Shown: piece after piece, positions 17,651 through 26,193 of the stretch | How positions within the stretch are numbered: the stretch's first letter is position 1 | How the letters are laid out: each line of letters begins with the position of its first letter | NCBI GenBank assembly: GCA_041672465.1 | Contig: JBAYZO010000007.1 | Coordinates: forward strand, 367-64,366 | DNA: 64,000 bases | Reading direction: 5' to 3' | DNA from: Eubacteriales bacterium | Lineage (GTDB): Bacteria; Bacillota; Clostridia; Oscillospirales; CAG-382 | Program-made: the position numbers and the translations under genes | The notes under the pieces: model-generated | Database searches by the model: none | What the model was told of the DNA's origin: nothing | What the model saw: the letters and a program-made list of their open reading frames with translations, nothing else

Positions 17651-19363
17651 TTATATTACTGCTTTTGCCGCCTCTTCTTTTTCAAGTTCCGTGTACGCTA
17701 TTTTACCGACTAAAGTTTTTGGGAGGTCGTCCCTGAACTCAAGCTCGGCGGGGAGCGCGAATTTGGCTATATGCTTTTTACAGTGGTTTAAAATATCTTG
17801 CTTAAGCTCCTCCGAGGGAACATAGCCGTTTTTTAACACCACAAAAGCCTTCACCTTTTGGACTTTGTATAAATCCTTAATACCTATGGTGCAGGACATA
17901 GCGACAGCTTCGTGCGAGTCAAGCGCCGACTCCACTTGCGAGGGATACACATTGTAGCCGCTGGTGATGATAAGGCGTTTGAGCCGCTGTTTAAAATAAA
18001 TAAACCCGTCGTTGTCCATAACGCCGAGGTCGCCTGTATGGAGCCAGACGCGGCCGTCTTTGTGAACTTTTAGGGTATCGGCGTTTTCTTCGGGTTTGTT
18101 TAAATAGCCAAGCATAACGGTCGGACCCGAAAGGCAGATCTCGCCCTCTGTGCCGTATTCGACTTCCTCGGTTGTTTCCGGCTTGCAGATGACAAAATAA
18201 GTGTCCGGGAAAGGAAACCCGATAGAGCCTTCTTTATGCGTGTGATAAGGGGTGAGACAGCACGCGGTGACGCTTTCGGTAAGCCCGTAGCCCTCGCGAA
18301 TATGTACGGGAGAGGAGTGGTCATCAAGAAATTTGTCGAACCGCTTTTTCAGCTCCGGCGAGAGGGTGTCCCCGCCTGAAAAAACCCCTCTTAAAAAGTC
18401 AAGCTTCACGCCGTCAAAATAGCCGTTTCTGCTTATCGCTTCAAACAGCGTGGGAACTCCGGCAATAAAATTGGGTTTGTCTTTTTTAATGATATTAGCG
18501 AAAGTCTTAACGTTAAACCGCGGGACAAGTATTGAGGTGCCGCCCCCCATAAGGGCGGTATGTATGCACACGCCAAGCCCGAACCCGTGGAAGATGGGGA
18601 GCGCCGCCAAAACGGACATTCCCGCGATTTTAAAAGAAGACATAACTTCTGTCTGGAGCCCGAGCGCGTTAAAGTTGAGGTTTGACAGAAGTATACCTTT
18701 TGAAACCCCCGTAGTCCCGCCCGAAAACAAAATGACCGCGGGGTCGTTGCCTCTTTTGGCCGGGAAAGCGATTTGCTTTGCTTCCGGCGAATCCGCTTGC
18801 TTTATAAATTCGTTCCAGTTTAGCACGCCCGGCTTTTTGGGCGGGGCTTTGATTTTTCTTCCCGAAGTGAGCTTAAAAGCGGTTTTTTTAATTACCCCTA
18901 ATTCGTCGGCGGCAGACGTGACTATAAGTGTGTTTAGCTTACATTCTTTTGCGGATTCCTCAAACTTGCCGTAGAACAAATCAAGCGTCACGGCGTATTT
19001 GCTGTTTGCCTCTTTTAGATAAAAAGTGATTTCCCCCACGGCGGACAGCGGGTGAACCATTGAGGCGATGCCGCCCAATCGGTTTATCGCGTAAAAGCAG
19101 TAAATCGACTGCGGCAGGTTGGGGAGACAAATAGTCACAACATCCCCTTCCCTGACTCCGGCGGCGTAAAACGCCCGAGCGGTCTCGTTAATCTTTTCGC
19201 CGAGCGTTTTATAGGTAATCTTTTTCCCCATGTATGACAAGGCGACGTTTTCCGGGTAAGTTTTAACCATTTCATAAATGGCGTCACACATTGAAAAGTC
19301 GGGATAATTGAGCTCAAAAGGAATGTCGCCGTAATTTTTTAGCCACGGAGCTTTTAGTGACAT
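17651..19363 (-). CDS. AMP-dependent synthetase/ligase (acyl-CoA synthetase-like)
   Basis: AMP-binding motif ILFSGGTTGVSKGILLSN, plus GYGLTE and TGDLGVMDNDGFIYFKQRLKRLI. RBS AAAGGAG. Confidence 0.85.
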   Translation of the reverse strand: MSLKAPWLKNYGDIPFELNYPDFSMCDAIYEMVKTYPENVALSYMGKKITYKTLGEKINETARAFYAAGVREGDVVTICLPNLPQSIYCFYAINRLGGIASMVHPLSAVGEITFYLKEANSKYAVTLDLFYGKFEESAKECKLNTLIVTSAADELGVIKKTAFKLTSGRKIKAPPKKPGVLNWNEFIKQADSPEAKQIAFPAKRGNDPAVILFSGGTTGVSKGILLSNLNFNALGLQTEVMSSFKIAGMSVLAALPIFHGFGLGVCIHTALMGGGTSILVPRFNVKTFANIIKKDKPNFIAGVPTLFEAISRNGYFDGVKLDFLRGVFSGGDTLSPELKKRFDKFLDDHSSPVHIREGYGLTESVTACCLTPYHTHKEGSIGFPFPDTYFVICKPETTEEVEYGTEGEICLSGPTVMLGYLNKPEENADTLKVHKDGRVWLHTGDLGVMDNDGFIYFKQRLKRLIITSGYNVYPSQVESALDSHEAVAMSCTIGIKDLYKVQKVKAFVVLKNGYVPSEELKQDILNHCKKHIAKFALPAELEFRDDLPKTLVGKIAYTELEKEEAAKAVI

Positions 19364-19400
19364 GTTAATTCTACTCCTTTCGATATGTCTGTGTCTCTCT

Positions 19401-20312
19401 TTATTTATTAAGGTTTGTGTCTATTTCAATAAATGTGCTCGCCGGCAAATCAAGCAATTGAGGGTTTTCAAAAAAGTGGCGGAACACCCGAAGACTCTTG
19501 GCAAAGTAAACGCCGTCTGCGATGCGTTCGTCAATCGTAAGCCCCAGCTCGATTGAGTCTTTCATCTCATATGTGCCGTCGTCATTGAAAAACGGACGCT
19601 TTTGTTTTGCGTTTATTACGCAAAACAGCGAATTTGTTCCCCAGTTTACAAGGTGATGATAACTGGCGTGCATTTTTATGCTTCCCAAATTGGTGACAAA
19701 TGCCGTGACATGGTATGGGTCGTCGTCGGCAAGGGAGCTTGGAACTCTCCCGCGGTAGTCAAGGCTGTTAAGCACCCTCATGACTAACCTTAAAACAGGA
19801 CGGGGGATTTTTGCGAGAAAGGCGATTTTATCCATTGTTGAGGAGGCTTCTTCTGTCTTCCTGACTTTTGTCACAACTTCTTTTACTTTGCTGTTGAACT
19901 GTTCAAGGGGTGAAACGCCGCTTTCCGGGTCGTATTTCATAATGACAAGGGTTTCCGCCGCGTCGTCGGTGAAAAGCTTTTTCACCACAAATGAAAAAGA
20001 AATGTCCCGCCTTTGATAAAGCCTGTGACCCGAGTAAAACCTGTTCAGGTAAGGCCTGAACTGAATTGTTTTGGCGATAGCGGCTAAAATAAAGTGGAAC
20101 ACCGTATATTTAAATTCCGGAGCAGACAATTTTTTTTCGGCTAAAAAATCGTTAACCTTTGAAAGGTCAAGTATCTCGTTTAAAACCGCTTCGTTATCGG
20201 CGCGGTTTGGCAATATGTACGGCATGAAAGCGTGCATGCCGTCAATATCTTTAACCAAAAAGGCGTCTTTTCTGTCCTTTCGGCTGGTTTTTTTTACTTT
20301 TTTCCCCGACAT
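19401..20312 (-). CDS. 2-oxoacid dehydrogenase E2 / CAT-like acyltransferase catalytic-domain protein (variant DERxxDG motif)
   Basis: C-terminal FVTNLGS...LGLTIDERIADGVYFAKSLRVFRHFFENPQLL aligns with the E2 DHRxxDG...P..LL block. Its stop lies 37 nt upstream of the AMP-ligase start. Confidence 0.6.
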   Translation of the reverse strand: MSGKKVKKTSRKDRKDAFLVKDIDGMHAFMPYILPNRADNEAVLNEILDLSKVNDFLAEKKLSAPEFKYTVFHFILAAIAKTIQFRPYLNRFYSGHRLYQRRDISFSFVVKKLFTDDAAETLVIMKYDPESGVSPLEQFNSKVKEVVTKVRKTEEASSTMDKIAFLAKIPRPVLRLVMRVLNSLDYRGRVPSSLADDDPYHVTAFVTNLGSIKMHASYHHLVNWGTNSLFCVINAKQKRPFFNDDGTYEMKDSIELGLTIDERIADGVYFAKSLRVFRHFFENPQLLDLPASTFIEIDTNLNK

Positions 20313-20518
20313 ATTCTCCCCCGCCTGTTTTTAATTATAAATTAATTAAACCTTTTAATGTGTTTGTCAAAACATTAAGATTTCCTTAATTTTTCCTTTT
20401 CAAACAGCAGGATAACATACTTCTTCAGCGTTGTCAATGCTTTTTTCATATCTCGTTAATTATTAACTGTGGTTAACATTTCCTTTTATCCGCCAAAAAA
20501 AGCGGGAAGAACGCGTTC

Positions 20519-20893
20519 CTAAGCGTTTTTATCGGTGGGCTTGAACACCGCCGCCCAGACCGCGCCGAACACTATGGCCGCCGTGACGCCCGCCGCGGTT
20601 GAGGTAAACCCTCCCATTAAAACCCCGAGAAGCCCCTCCTTGTCGACCGATTCTTTTACGCCCTCGGCAAGCGTGAAACCAAACCCGGTCAGCGGCACCG
20701 TCGCCCCTGCCGAGGCAAAGTCGACAAGTCCCTTATAAACCCCCGCTCCCGTGAGAACCACTCCGGCGCAAACATAAAGCACAAGAATATTCGCGGGAGT
20801 TATTTTTGTTTTGTCTATTAAAATTTGAGCGATAAGGCAAAACATACCGCCAATTAAAAAAACATATAAATATTCCATTAATGAGTCAGCCAT
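20519..20893 (-). CDS. spoVAE: stage V sporulation protein AE (SpoVAEB-type)
   Basis: YVFLIGGMFCLIAQILID...GATVPLTGFG...GVTAAIVFG is typical of SpoVAE. It is the third gene of the spoVAC-AD-AE order. Confidence 0.85.
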   Translation of the reverse strand: MADSLMEYLYVFLIGGMFCLIAQILIDKTKITPANILVLYVCAGVVLTGAGVYKGLVDFASAGATVPLTGFGFTLAEGVKESVDKEGLLGVLMGGFTSTAAGVTAAIVFGAVWAAVFKPTDKNA

Positions 20894-20897
20894 TATA

Positions 20898-21887
20898 TTA
20901 TACTCTCTCCAATCCTATCAAATGCGCGACAGAGGGGATCGGCAGCTTTTGAAGCACCGTTTTGGGCGAAAGCAGCGCGCCCGTGCCGATGAGAAGTATC
21001 TTTTTAACCTCGCGCCTAAGCAGCTTGTCAAAGTAAAGCGAGGCGGAAACACAAGCCAAACACCCGCAGCCCGATCCGCCGGAGTTGACGTCCTGCTTTT
21101 CATAGTCATAAATAAGCATTCCGCAGTCGGTGAGTCTGCCGCAAAGGTCAAGCCCGCACTTAGCGAACAGCTCGGCGGCTATCTCGCTCCCCTCTCTCCC
21201 CAAATCCCCGGTGGAAATAATATCGTAGTCGCAGGGGTTTTCTTTGGTCTCGTCAAAAAACCGAAGTATGGTGTCAACCGCCGCGTTAGCCATGGCGGCG
21301 CCCATATTGTTCGCGTCTGTTATGCCGTTTTCCTTAACCTTGCCGATAACGGCGGAAGAAAGCTTAACCTCCGCCGGAGTGTTTTGAAGCAAAAACGCCC
21401 CCGCGCCCGTCACGGTGTTTTGAGAAACGGGCGCGCGGAGACTTCCATACTCCAGCGGGAACCGAAACTGCCGCTCTGACGAGCAAAAATGGGAGGATGC
21501 CACGGCGACGGCGTTATTCACCTTAAACGATTCGGTAAACATGCCGCCTATTATTATCCCCTCCGCGATAGTCGAACAGGCGCCGTACAACCCGAGATAG
21601 GGTATCGGCAGGCTTTGTGCGGCAAAAGCCGTAGCGGTGCACTGGTTTAAAAGGTCGCCCCCAAGCAGTAAGCCAATATCTTTTGCCTTTAATTTTGATT
21701 TTGACAAAAGCAGGTTTATTACCCTTTGAACCATCTCGCTTTCCGCCTGCTCCCATGAATCCTGCGAAAAATAAGGGTCGGTTTCAAACAAATCAAAATA
21801 TTCCCCGAGCGGCCCCTCGTTTTCAAGCTTTCCCACAACGCTCGCGGCTTTCGCTATATAAACATTGTTAAAATAAATAACCCCCAT
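20898..21887 (-). CDS. spoVAD: stage V sporulation protein AD (thiolase-fold)
   Basis: 329 aa with SWEQAESEMVQ...GGDLLNQ...LGLYGACST motifs. It lies between spoVAC and spoVAE. Confidence 0.85.
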   Translation of the reverse strand: MGVIYFNNVYIAKAASVVGKLENEGPLGEYFDLFETDPYFSQDSWEQAESEMVQRVINLLLSKSKLKAKDIGLLLGGDLLNQCTATAFAAQSLPIPYLGLYGACSTIAEGIIIGGMFTESFKVNNAVAVASSHFCSSERQFRFPLEYGSLRAPVSQNTVTGAGAFLLQNTPAEVKLSSAVIGKVKENGITDANNMGAAMANAAVDTILRFFDETKENPCDYDIISTGDLGREGSEIAAELFAKCGLDLCGRLTDCGMLIYDYEKQDVNSGGSGCGCLACVSASLYFDKLLRREVKKILLIGTGALLSPKTVLQKLPIPSVAHLIGLERV

Positions 21888-21893
21888 AACACA

Positions 21894-22337
21894 TTACCCT
21901 TCAAAACATTTGCATATATAATAAATAATCCCGTACGCCACCGCGGTGAGGTTGCCGTAAAGTATAACGGGACCCGCGATTTTAAATATTTCCGCGCCCA
22001 CCCCCATGATAAATCCCTCGCTTCTCGCCTCTATCGCCGGGGCGCCCACGGCGTTGGAAAACCCCGTTATCGGTACCAACAGCCCCGCTCCGCAGAACTT
22101 TGACACCTTGTCAAAGCACCCTATTCCGGTAAAAAGCCCCGCTAAAAATACCAGCGTCACCGAGGCAAGCACCACAGAAGGTTTTTCCCCCATCCCCGCC
22201 GATTTATAAAGGTCGGCGAAACCCCTCCCCATAACGCAAACAAGCCCGCCCGAAACAAACGCGAGGATACTGTTTTTAATCACAGGCGACTTTTTTTCGC
22301 GGTCTTCGACATATTTTACATATTCTTGCTTATTCAT
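21894..22337 (-). CDS. spoVAC: stage V sporulation protein AC
   Basis: YVKYVEDREKKSPVIKN...GAGLLVPITGFSNAVGAPAIEARSEGF...IAGPVILYG is the SpoVAC signature. Confidence 0.85.
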   Translation of the reverse strand: MNKQEYVKYVEDREKKSPVIKNSILAFVSGGLVCVMGRGFADLYKSAGMGEKPSVVLASVTLVFLAGLFTGIGCFDKVSKFCGAGLLVPITGFSNAVGAPAIEARSEGFIMGVGAEIFKIAGPVILYGNLTAVAYGIIYYICKCFEG

Positions 22338-22482
22338 AATAGAAGTTGACCCTTTCGATATTCGGTTGTTTTTGACTCTTTTTTGATCTTTACGCTATTA
22401 ACCGTCAGTTATTATGAAAACAGTCAAAAAGCTTTTCTTTTTCATATTATCTTTGCAAATTGTAAAAAATATACTAAAACTC

Positions 22483-22510
22483 TTGACATATTATTTTTTG
22501 CAATTATAAT
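22483..22510 (+). promoter_or_regulatory. sigma-A type promoter
   Basis: TTGACA (22483-22488), 16-nt spacer, TATAAT (22505-22510). Confidence 0.6.
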
Positions 22511-22688
22511 TTAGCTATATATTTGTAGGCAAAGCTGTGTTGGGCTTAGTCCTTAACACTCCGCGAAGGTTAGCGCGCCAACGCGCAAAACCTGTGTCTT
22601 GCCCCGGCCGCGGAACACAAAGCGCGGTTTTATGTGTTTTTGGGGAACGGCATTTGTTATTTTACTTAAAAAGGATCTGATTTATTTG
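22511..22688 (+). promoter_or_regulatory. long GC-rich structured 5' leader (candidate attenuator or riboswitch, class unknown)
   Basis: About 170 nt lie between the promoter and the ATG. Competing GC stems are present (CGCG..CGCG, GCGCG-CCAA-CGCGC), and CCGCG-GAACACAAAG-CGCGG is followed by TTTTATGTGTTTTT. Confidence 0.35.
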
Positions 22689-24404
22689 ATGAACTTAGTT
22701 AAAAACCAATACTCCCGCCATTTAAACCTTCGGCAGATGTTTTATGACCTTTCCGATAAATACGGCGATAAACCCTTCCTAAAATATATTAAGGGCGATG
22801 ATAACACTGTCGGCGAGGTTACCTATCGCCGCTTTACAGAAATGATGGAAAGCTTAGGAACTTACTTTTGCGTCACTTCCCCCGAAGTTTCAAGGGTTGC
22901 CATTTTGTCTGAAAACCGCTATGAGTGGCTTGTCGCCTACGCTGCCGTTATCGCCGCCGGTAAAACCGTTGTCCCCCTTGACAAAGAAATTGAGTTTGAG
23001 CAAATAAAAAAATTCATAGATCTCGCCGAAGTCGACACGCTTGTTTACTCACCGGATTTTTCCGCCGAAGTGGTTAAAATGGCGGAAAGCTCCCCGGCTG
23101 ACTTTTCTTTTATAAATTTTGAAAACGTCGATAAACACGATGACAAACGCTTTACATCGTTCCGCAAATGTATTGCCGCCGGTGAAAAAGCCCTTGATTC
23201 CGGCAAGTTTTCGTTTAAAAAAATCCGTTCCAACTCCGCGAGAGTGTGCGCGATTATCTTTACCTCGGGTACCACGGGAACAAGCAAGGGCGTTATGCTC
23301 ACCGAAGACAACCTGCTGTCCTGCGTTCAGGCCGCCGCCAATATGGTCAACGTGGACGAAAACGCCGTTCTCCTTTCGGTGCTCCCCTACCACCACACAT
23401 ATGAGACCTGCTGCGGGCTTTTAACCCCCGCCTCCATCGGCGCGACCATTTGCATAAATAATAACCTTAAATACTTTACAAGGAACCTTCAAATCTTCCG
23501 CCCCACCGCCATGACTTTGGTTCCGCTTTTTATCGCCACCATGTCAAAAAAGATCGAGAGCGAAATCAAAAAATCCAACCGCGAGGCAATTGTCAAGGGC
23601 GGCGTTTTTGTGACAAAAAACCTTAACCGCGTTGGCGTGGACGTCAGGCGTTATGTTTTTTCAAGCATTCATAAATTTTTGGGCGGCAGGCTTGACACCA
23701 TTGTTTCGGGCGGCGCCGCGCTTGACCCCGAATATATTAAACGCTTTGAGGAATTCGGAATTCTTATCACCCAAGGGTACGGAATTACCGAGTGCTCCCC
23801 GCTTGTCACCGTTGTCCCTTGGAAGAAAGTCAAGTACGCGTCGGTGGGTATACCTATCCCCGGCAGTGTAATTAAAATAATGGCGGAAGATGAAAACGGC
23901 GAGGAATATGACCTGCCCGCGGGTGAGATCGGCGAAATTTGCATAAAAGGCCCGCAAGTTATGGTGGGTTATTACAAAAACCCGGCTGCGACGGCGGAAG
24001 CGTTTAATAAAGAAGGGTTCTTTAAGTCCGGCGACTACGGTTATCTTGACGAGGACGGATTTTTATTCATAACCGGGCGAAAGAAGAATATAATAATATT
24101 TGACAACGGCAAAAACATCTATCCGGAAGAAATTGAGGAATATCTCTATCGGCTGGACATAATAAAAGAATGTATCGTCATAGCCCGCAATATTAACGGC
24201 GAGGATATGATAACGGCCGTTATTTACCCCAACTATGAACTTCTCGAAGGGCTTACCGACGACCAGATCAAAGACCGTTTTAAAAGCGAGGTCGCGCTCG
24301 TCAACCGCAAGCTCCCCGCTTTTAAGCAAGTGCATCACATTGAAATTAAAAAGACGGAATTTGATAAAACCTCTTCCAAAAAAATTATAAGATACAAAGT
24401 CTAA
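22689..24404 (+). CDS. AMP-dependent synthetase/ligase (long-chain acyl-CoA or acyl-ACP synthetase-like)
   Basis: Internal ATG of ORF 22599..24404 (MNLVKNQYSRH). Motifs IIFTSGTTGTSKGVMLTEDN, GYGITE and SGDYGYLDEDGFLFITGRKKN. Confidence 0.85.
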   Translation: MNLVKNQYSRHLNLRQMFYDLSDKYGDKPFLKYIKGDDNTVGEVTYRRFTEMMESLGTYFCVTSPEVSRVAILSENRYEWLVAYAAVIAAGKTVVPLDKEIEFEQIKKFIDLAEVDTLVYSPDFSAEVVKMAESSPADFSFINFENVDKHDDKRFTSFRKCIAAGEKALDSGKFSFKKIRSNSARVCAIIFTSGTTGTSKGVMLTEDNLLSCVQAAANMVNVDENAVLLSVLPYHHTYETCCGLLTPASIGATICINNNLKYFTRNLQIFRPTAMTLVPLFIATMSKKIESEIKKSNREAIVKGGVFVTKNLNRVGVDVRRYVFSSIHKFLGGRLDTIVSGGAALDPEYIKRFEEFGILITQGYGITECSPLVTVVPWKKVKYASVGIPIPGSVIKIMAEDENGEEYDLPAGEIGEICIKGPQVMVGYYKNPAATAEAFNKEGFFKSGDYGYLDEDGFLFITGRKKNIIIFDNGKNIYPEEIEEYLYRLDIIKECIVIARNINGEDMITAVIYPNYELLEGLTDDQIKDRFKSEVALVNRKLPAFKQVHHIEIKKTEFDKTSSKKIIRYKV

Positions 24405-24458
24405 AGCAATTGTTTTAATTAAGTTATTCTAATTTACACAAGCATAGAGGTATTTTGC

Positions 24459-24683
24459 ATGTATGAAAAACTAAAAGAAATTCTCATTGAGGAAATGAGC
24501 ATCAACCCCGCGGATATCAATCCGGACGCCGAATTTATAAGGGATTTAGGCTTTAATTCCCTTGAGCTCGCCGACCTTGTGGTTATCTGCGAAGAAAAGT
24601 TTGACATTGAGTTTGACGACGAAGTGCTCCCCTCGCTCTCCACCGTTCGCGACGTAGTGAATTACCTGGAACTTCAAACCTGA
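24459..24683 (+). CDS. acyl carrier protein
   Basis: 74 aa. DLGFNSLELADLV holds the phosphopantetheine Ser, here in an NS rather than DS context. RBS AGAGGT. Confidence 0.8.
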   Translation: MYEKLKEILIEEMSINPADINPDAEFIRDLGFNSLELADLVVICEEKFDIEFDDEVLPSLSTVRDVVNYLELQT

Positions 24684-24700
24684 TAAGTCTTCCCAAATAA

Positions 24701-24729
24701 AAAGCCCGCTGTTAAACGCGGGTTTTTTC
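24701..24729 (+). terminator. rho-independent terminator after the ACP gene
   Basis: AAAGCCCGC-TGTTAAA-GCGGGTTTTTT. Confidence 0.7.
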
Positions 24730-24826
24730 ATTTGTAAAAAATTCCCCGCGCCAATTTCTCTTACCGTCAAAAGCCGGACAGGCATTTTAAGGGCGAAATA
24801 TGAATAGTATAACCGGGGGGGATTTT

Positions 24827-25528
24827 ATGTTTTCGCTTTTTATTAGTTTTCTTTCCAAAGCGGTGGCTTTATTTTTAAGGTCGCAGCGCACCGGTTCTTT
24901 TCCCCCGCCGCTGGACAAAAAAAGAGAGCGGGAGCTGTTTATAAAAGCCAAAGACGGCGATATGAAAGCCCGCAACACGCTTATAGAGCATAACCTTCGG
25001 CTTGTCGCCCATATCGTTAAAAAATATTATACCTCATACAAGGATCAGGACGATTTAATCTCCGTCGGGACGATAGGGCTTATAAAAGCCATTGACACAT
25101 ACGACATTGAAAACGGCGCCCGTTTCGCTACATACGCGGGGAAATGCCTGCAAAACGAGATACTTATGTACTTCCGCGCCCAAAGGAAAAACAGCCTTGA
25201 AAACTCCCTGAACGATCCCGTCGACACCGACAAAGAGGGCAACCCGCTGACTTATCTTGATATCCTCTGCGACGACGACGATATAATTGACGAGATTGAT
25301 ATCCGTATCAAGTCAACGCTTGTCTACAAGGCGCTAAGAGAGGCGCTCAACGAAAGGGAACGAAAAATAATAGCCATGAGATACGGCCTTGACGGCAGCG
25401 GGCACTATCAGGCGCAGCGCGAAGTAGCCGCCGCGCTGGGGATCTCCCGCAGTTATGTTTCAAGAATCGAAAAAACAGCGCTGGACAAAATCAACGTCTA
25501 TATGACCAAAAGAGGGGGAAACTGCTGA
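24827..25528 (+). CDS. sigK: RNA polymerase sporulation sigma factor SigK (pro-form, uninterrupted)
   Basis: LIEHNLRLVAHIVKKY, DDLISVGTIGLIKAIDTY and ATYAGKCLQNEILMYFR. The hydrophobic pro-sequence MFSLFISFLSKAVALFL precedes GSFPPPL. The ATG at 24827 lies 5 nt after GGGGGG; an alternative start is at 24800. Confidence 0.85.
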   Translation: MFSLFISFLSKAVALFLRSQRTGSFPPPLDKKRERELFIKAKDGDMKARNTLIEHNLRLVAHIVKKYYTSYKDQDDLISVGTIGLIKAIDTYDIENGARFATYAGKCLQNEILMYFRAQRKNSLENSLNDPVDTDKEGNPLTYLDILCDDDDIIDEIDIRIKSTLVYKALREALNERERKIIAMRYGLDGSGHYQAQREVAAALGISRSYVSRIEKTALDKINVYMTKRGGNC

Positions 25529-25581
25529 GGTTTTCCCCGCTTTGTTAAATATTTATCAGCCGATAAAGCTTTTTTGAAGTA

Positions 25582-25610
25582 TTGACATAACAAAAGCTTG
25601 AGTATATAAT
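25582..25610 (+). promoter_or_regulatory. sigma-A type promoter
   Basis: TTGACA (25582-25587), 17-nt spacer, TATAAT (25605-25610). Confidence 0.6.
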
Positions 25611-25658
25611 AATGTCGTATCAGCAGATTGACAATGAAAAAAACGGAAGTATAAATCT

Positions 25659-26114
25659 ATGTTGTTTAATACCCTTGTCGTCCTTTTTTTAAGCATGGTG
25701 CCGGTTATTGAGCTGAGGGGCGCGATCCCCGTGGGGCTGATTTCGGGTTTAGGCTACCCGCTCACCCTTACCACCGCGATTATCGGCAACTTAGTCCCCA
25801 TTCCGTTTTTAATTGTCTACGGGCGGAGAGTACTTGTGTTTTTGGCGGGGCAAAAAAGTTTCGGCGGACTTTTCAGGTGGATGCTGAATCTTGGCGAAAA
25901 GAAAGTCGCCTCGCTTAAAAAAACCCTTTTTTTAAGCCTTTGGGTCTTTGTGGCTGTCCCCTTGCCGGGGACGGGAGCTTGGACGGGGGCGCTTATCGCG
26001 ATAACGCTTAACCTTAAATTAAAGCAATCTCTCCCCGCCATCGCGCTTGGAGTGCTCACCGCGGCGGCAATTGTCACGGTGATGTACTTTGCCTTTGATA
26101 TTATGTTATTTTAA
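25659..26114 (+). CDS. small multidrug-export-like membrane protein (COG2426 / PF06695-like)
   Basis: 151 aa with 4 TM helices. The N-terminal MVPVIELRGAIPVGL motif is characteristic of this family. Confidence 0.65.
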   Translation: MLFNTLVVLFLSMVPVIELRGAIPVGLISGLGYPLTLTTAIIGNLVPIPFLIVYGRRVLVFLAGQKSFGGLFRWMLNLGEKKVASLKKTLFLSLWVFVAVPLPGTGAWTGALIAITLNLKLKQSLPAIALGVLTAAAIVTVMYFAFDIMLF

Positions 26115-26193
26115 TTTTTGTTTTTTTGGCTGACCGAACTTTTTAAGCTTGGCTTATATAAATTATATCAATAAAGAAAAGGATGGTAAGATC

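Noticed and set aside
22338-22482. Forespore (sigma-G/F) promoter upstream of spoVAC.
   Set aside because: A CATAATA element exists on the minus strand about 60 nt upstream of the ATG. I could not find a properly spaced GnATA-type -35, so the evidence is too weak to annotate.
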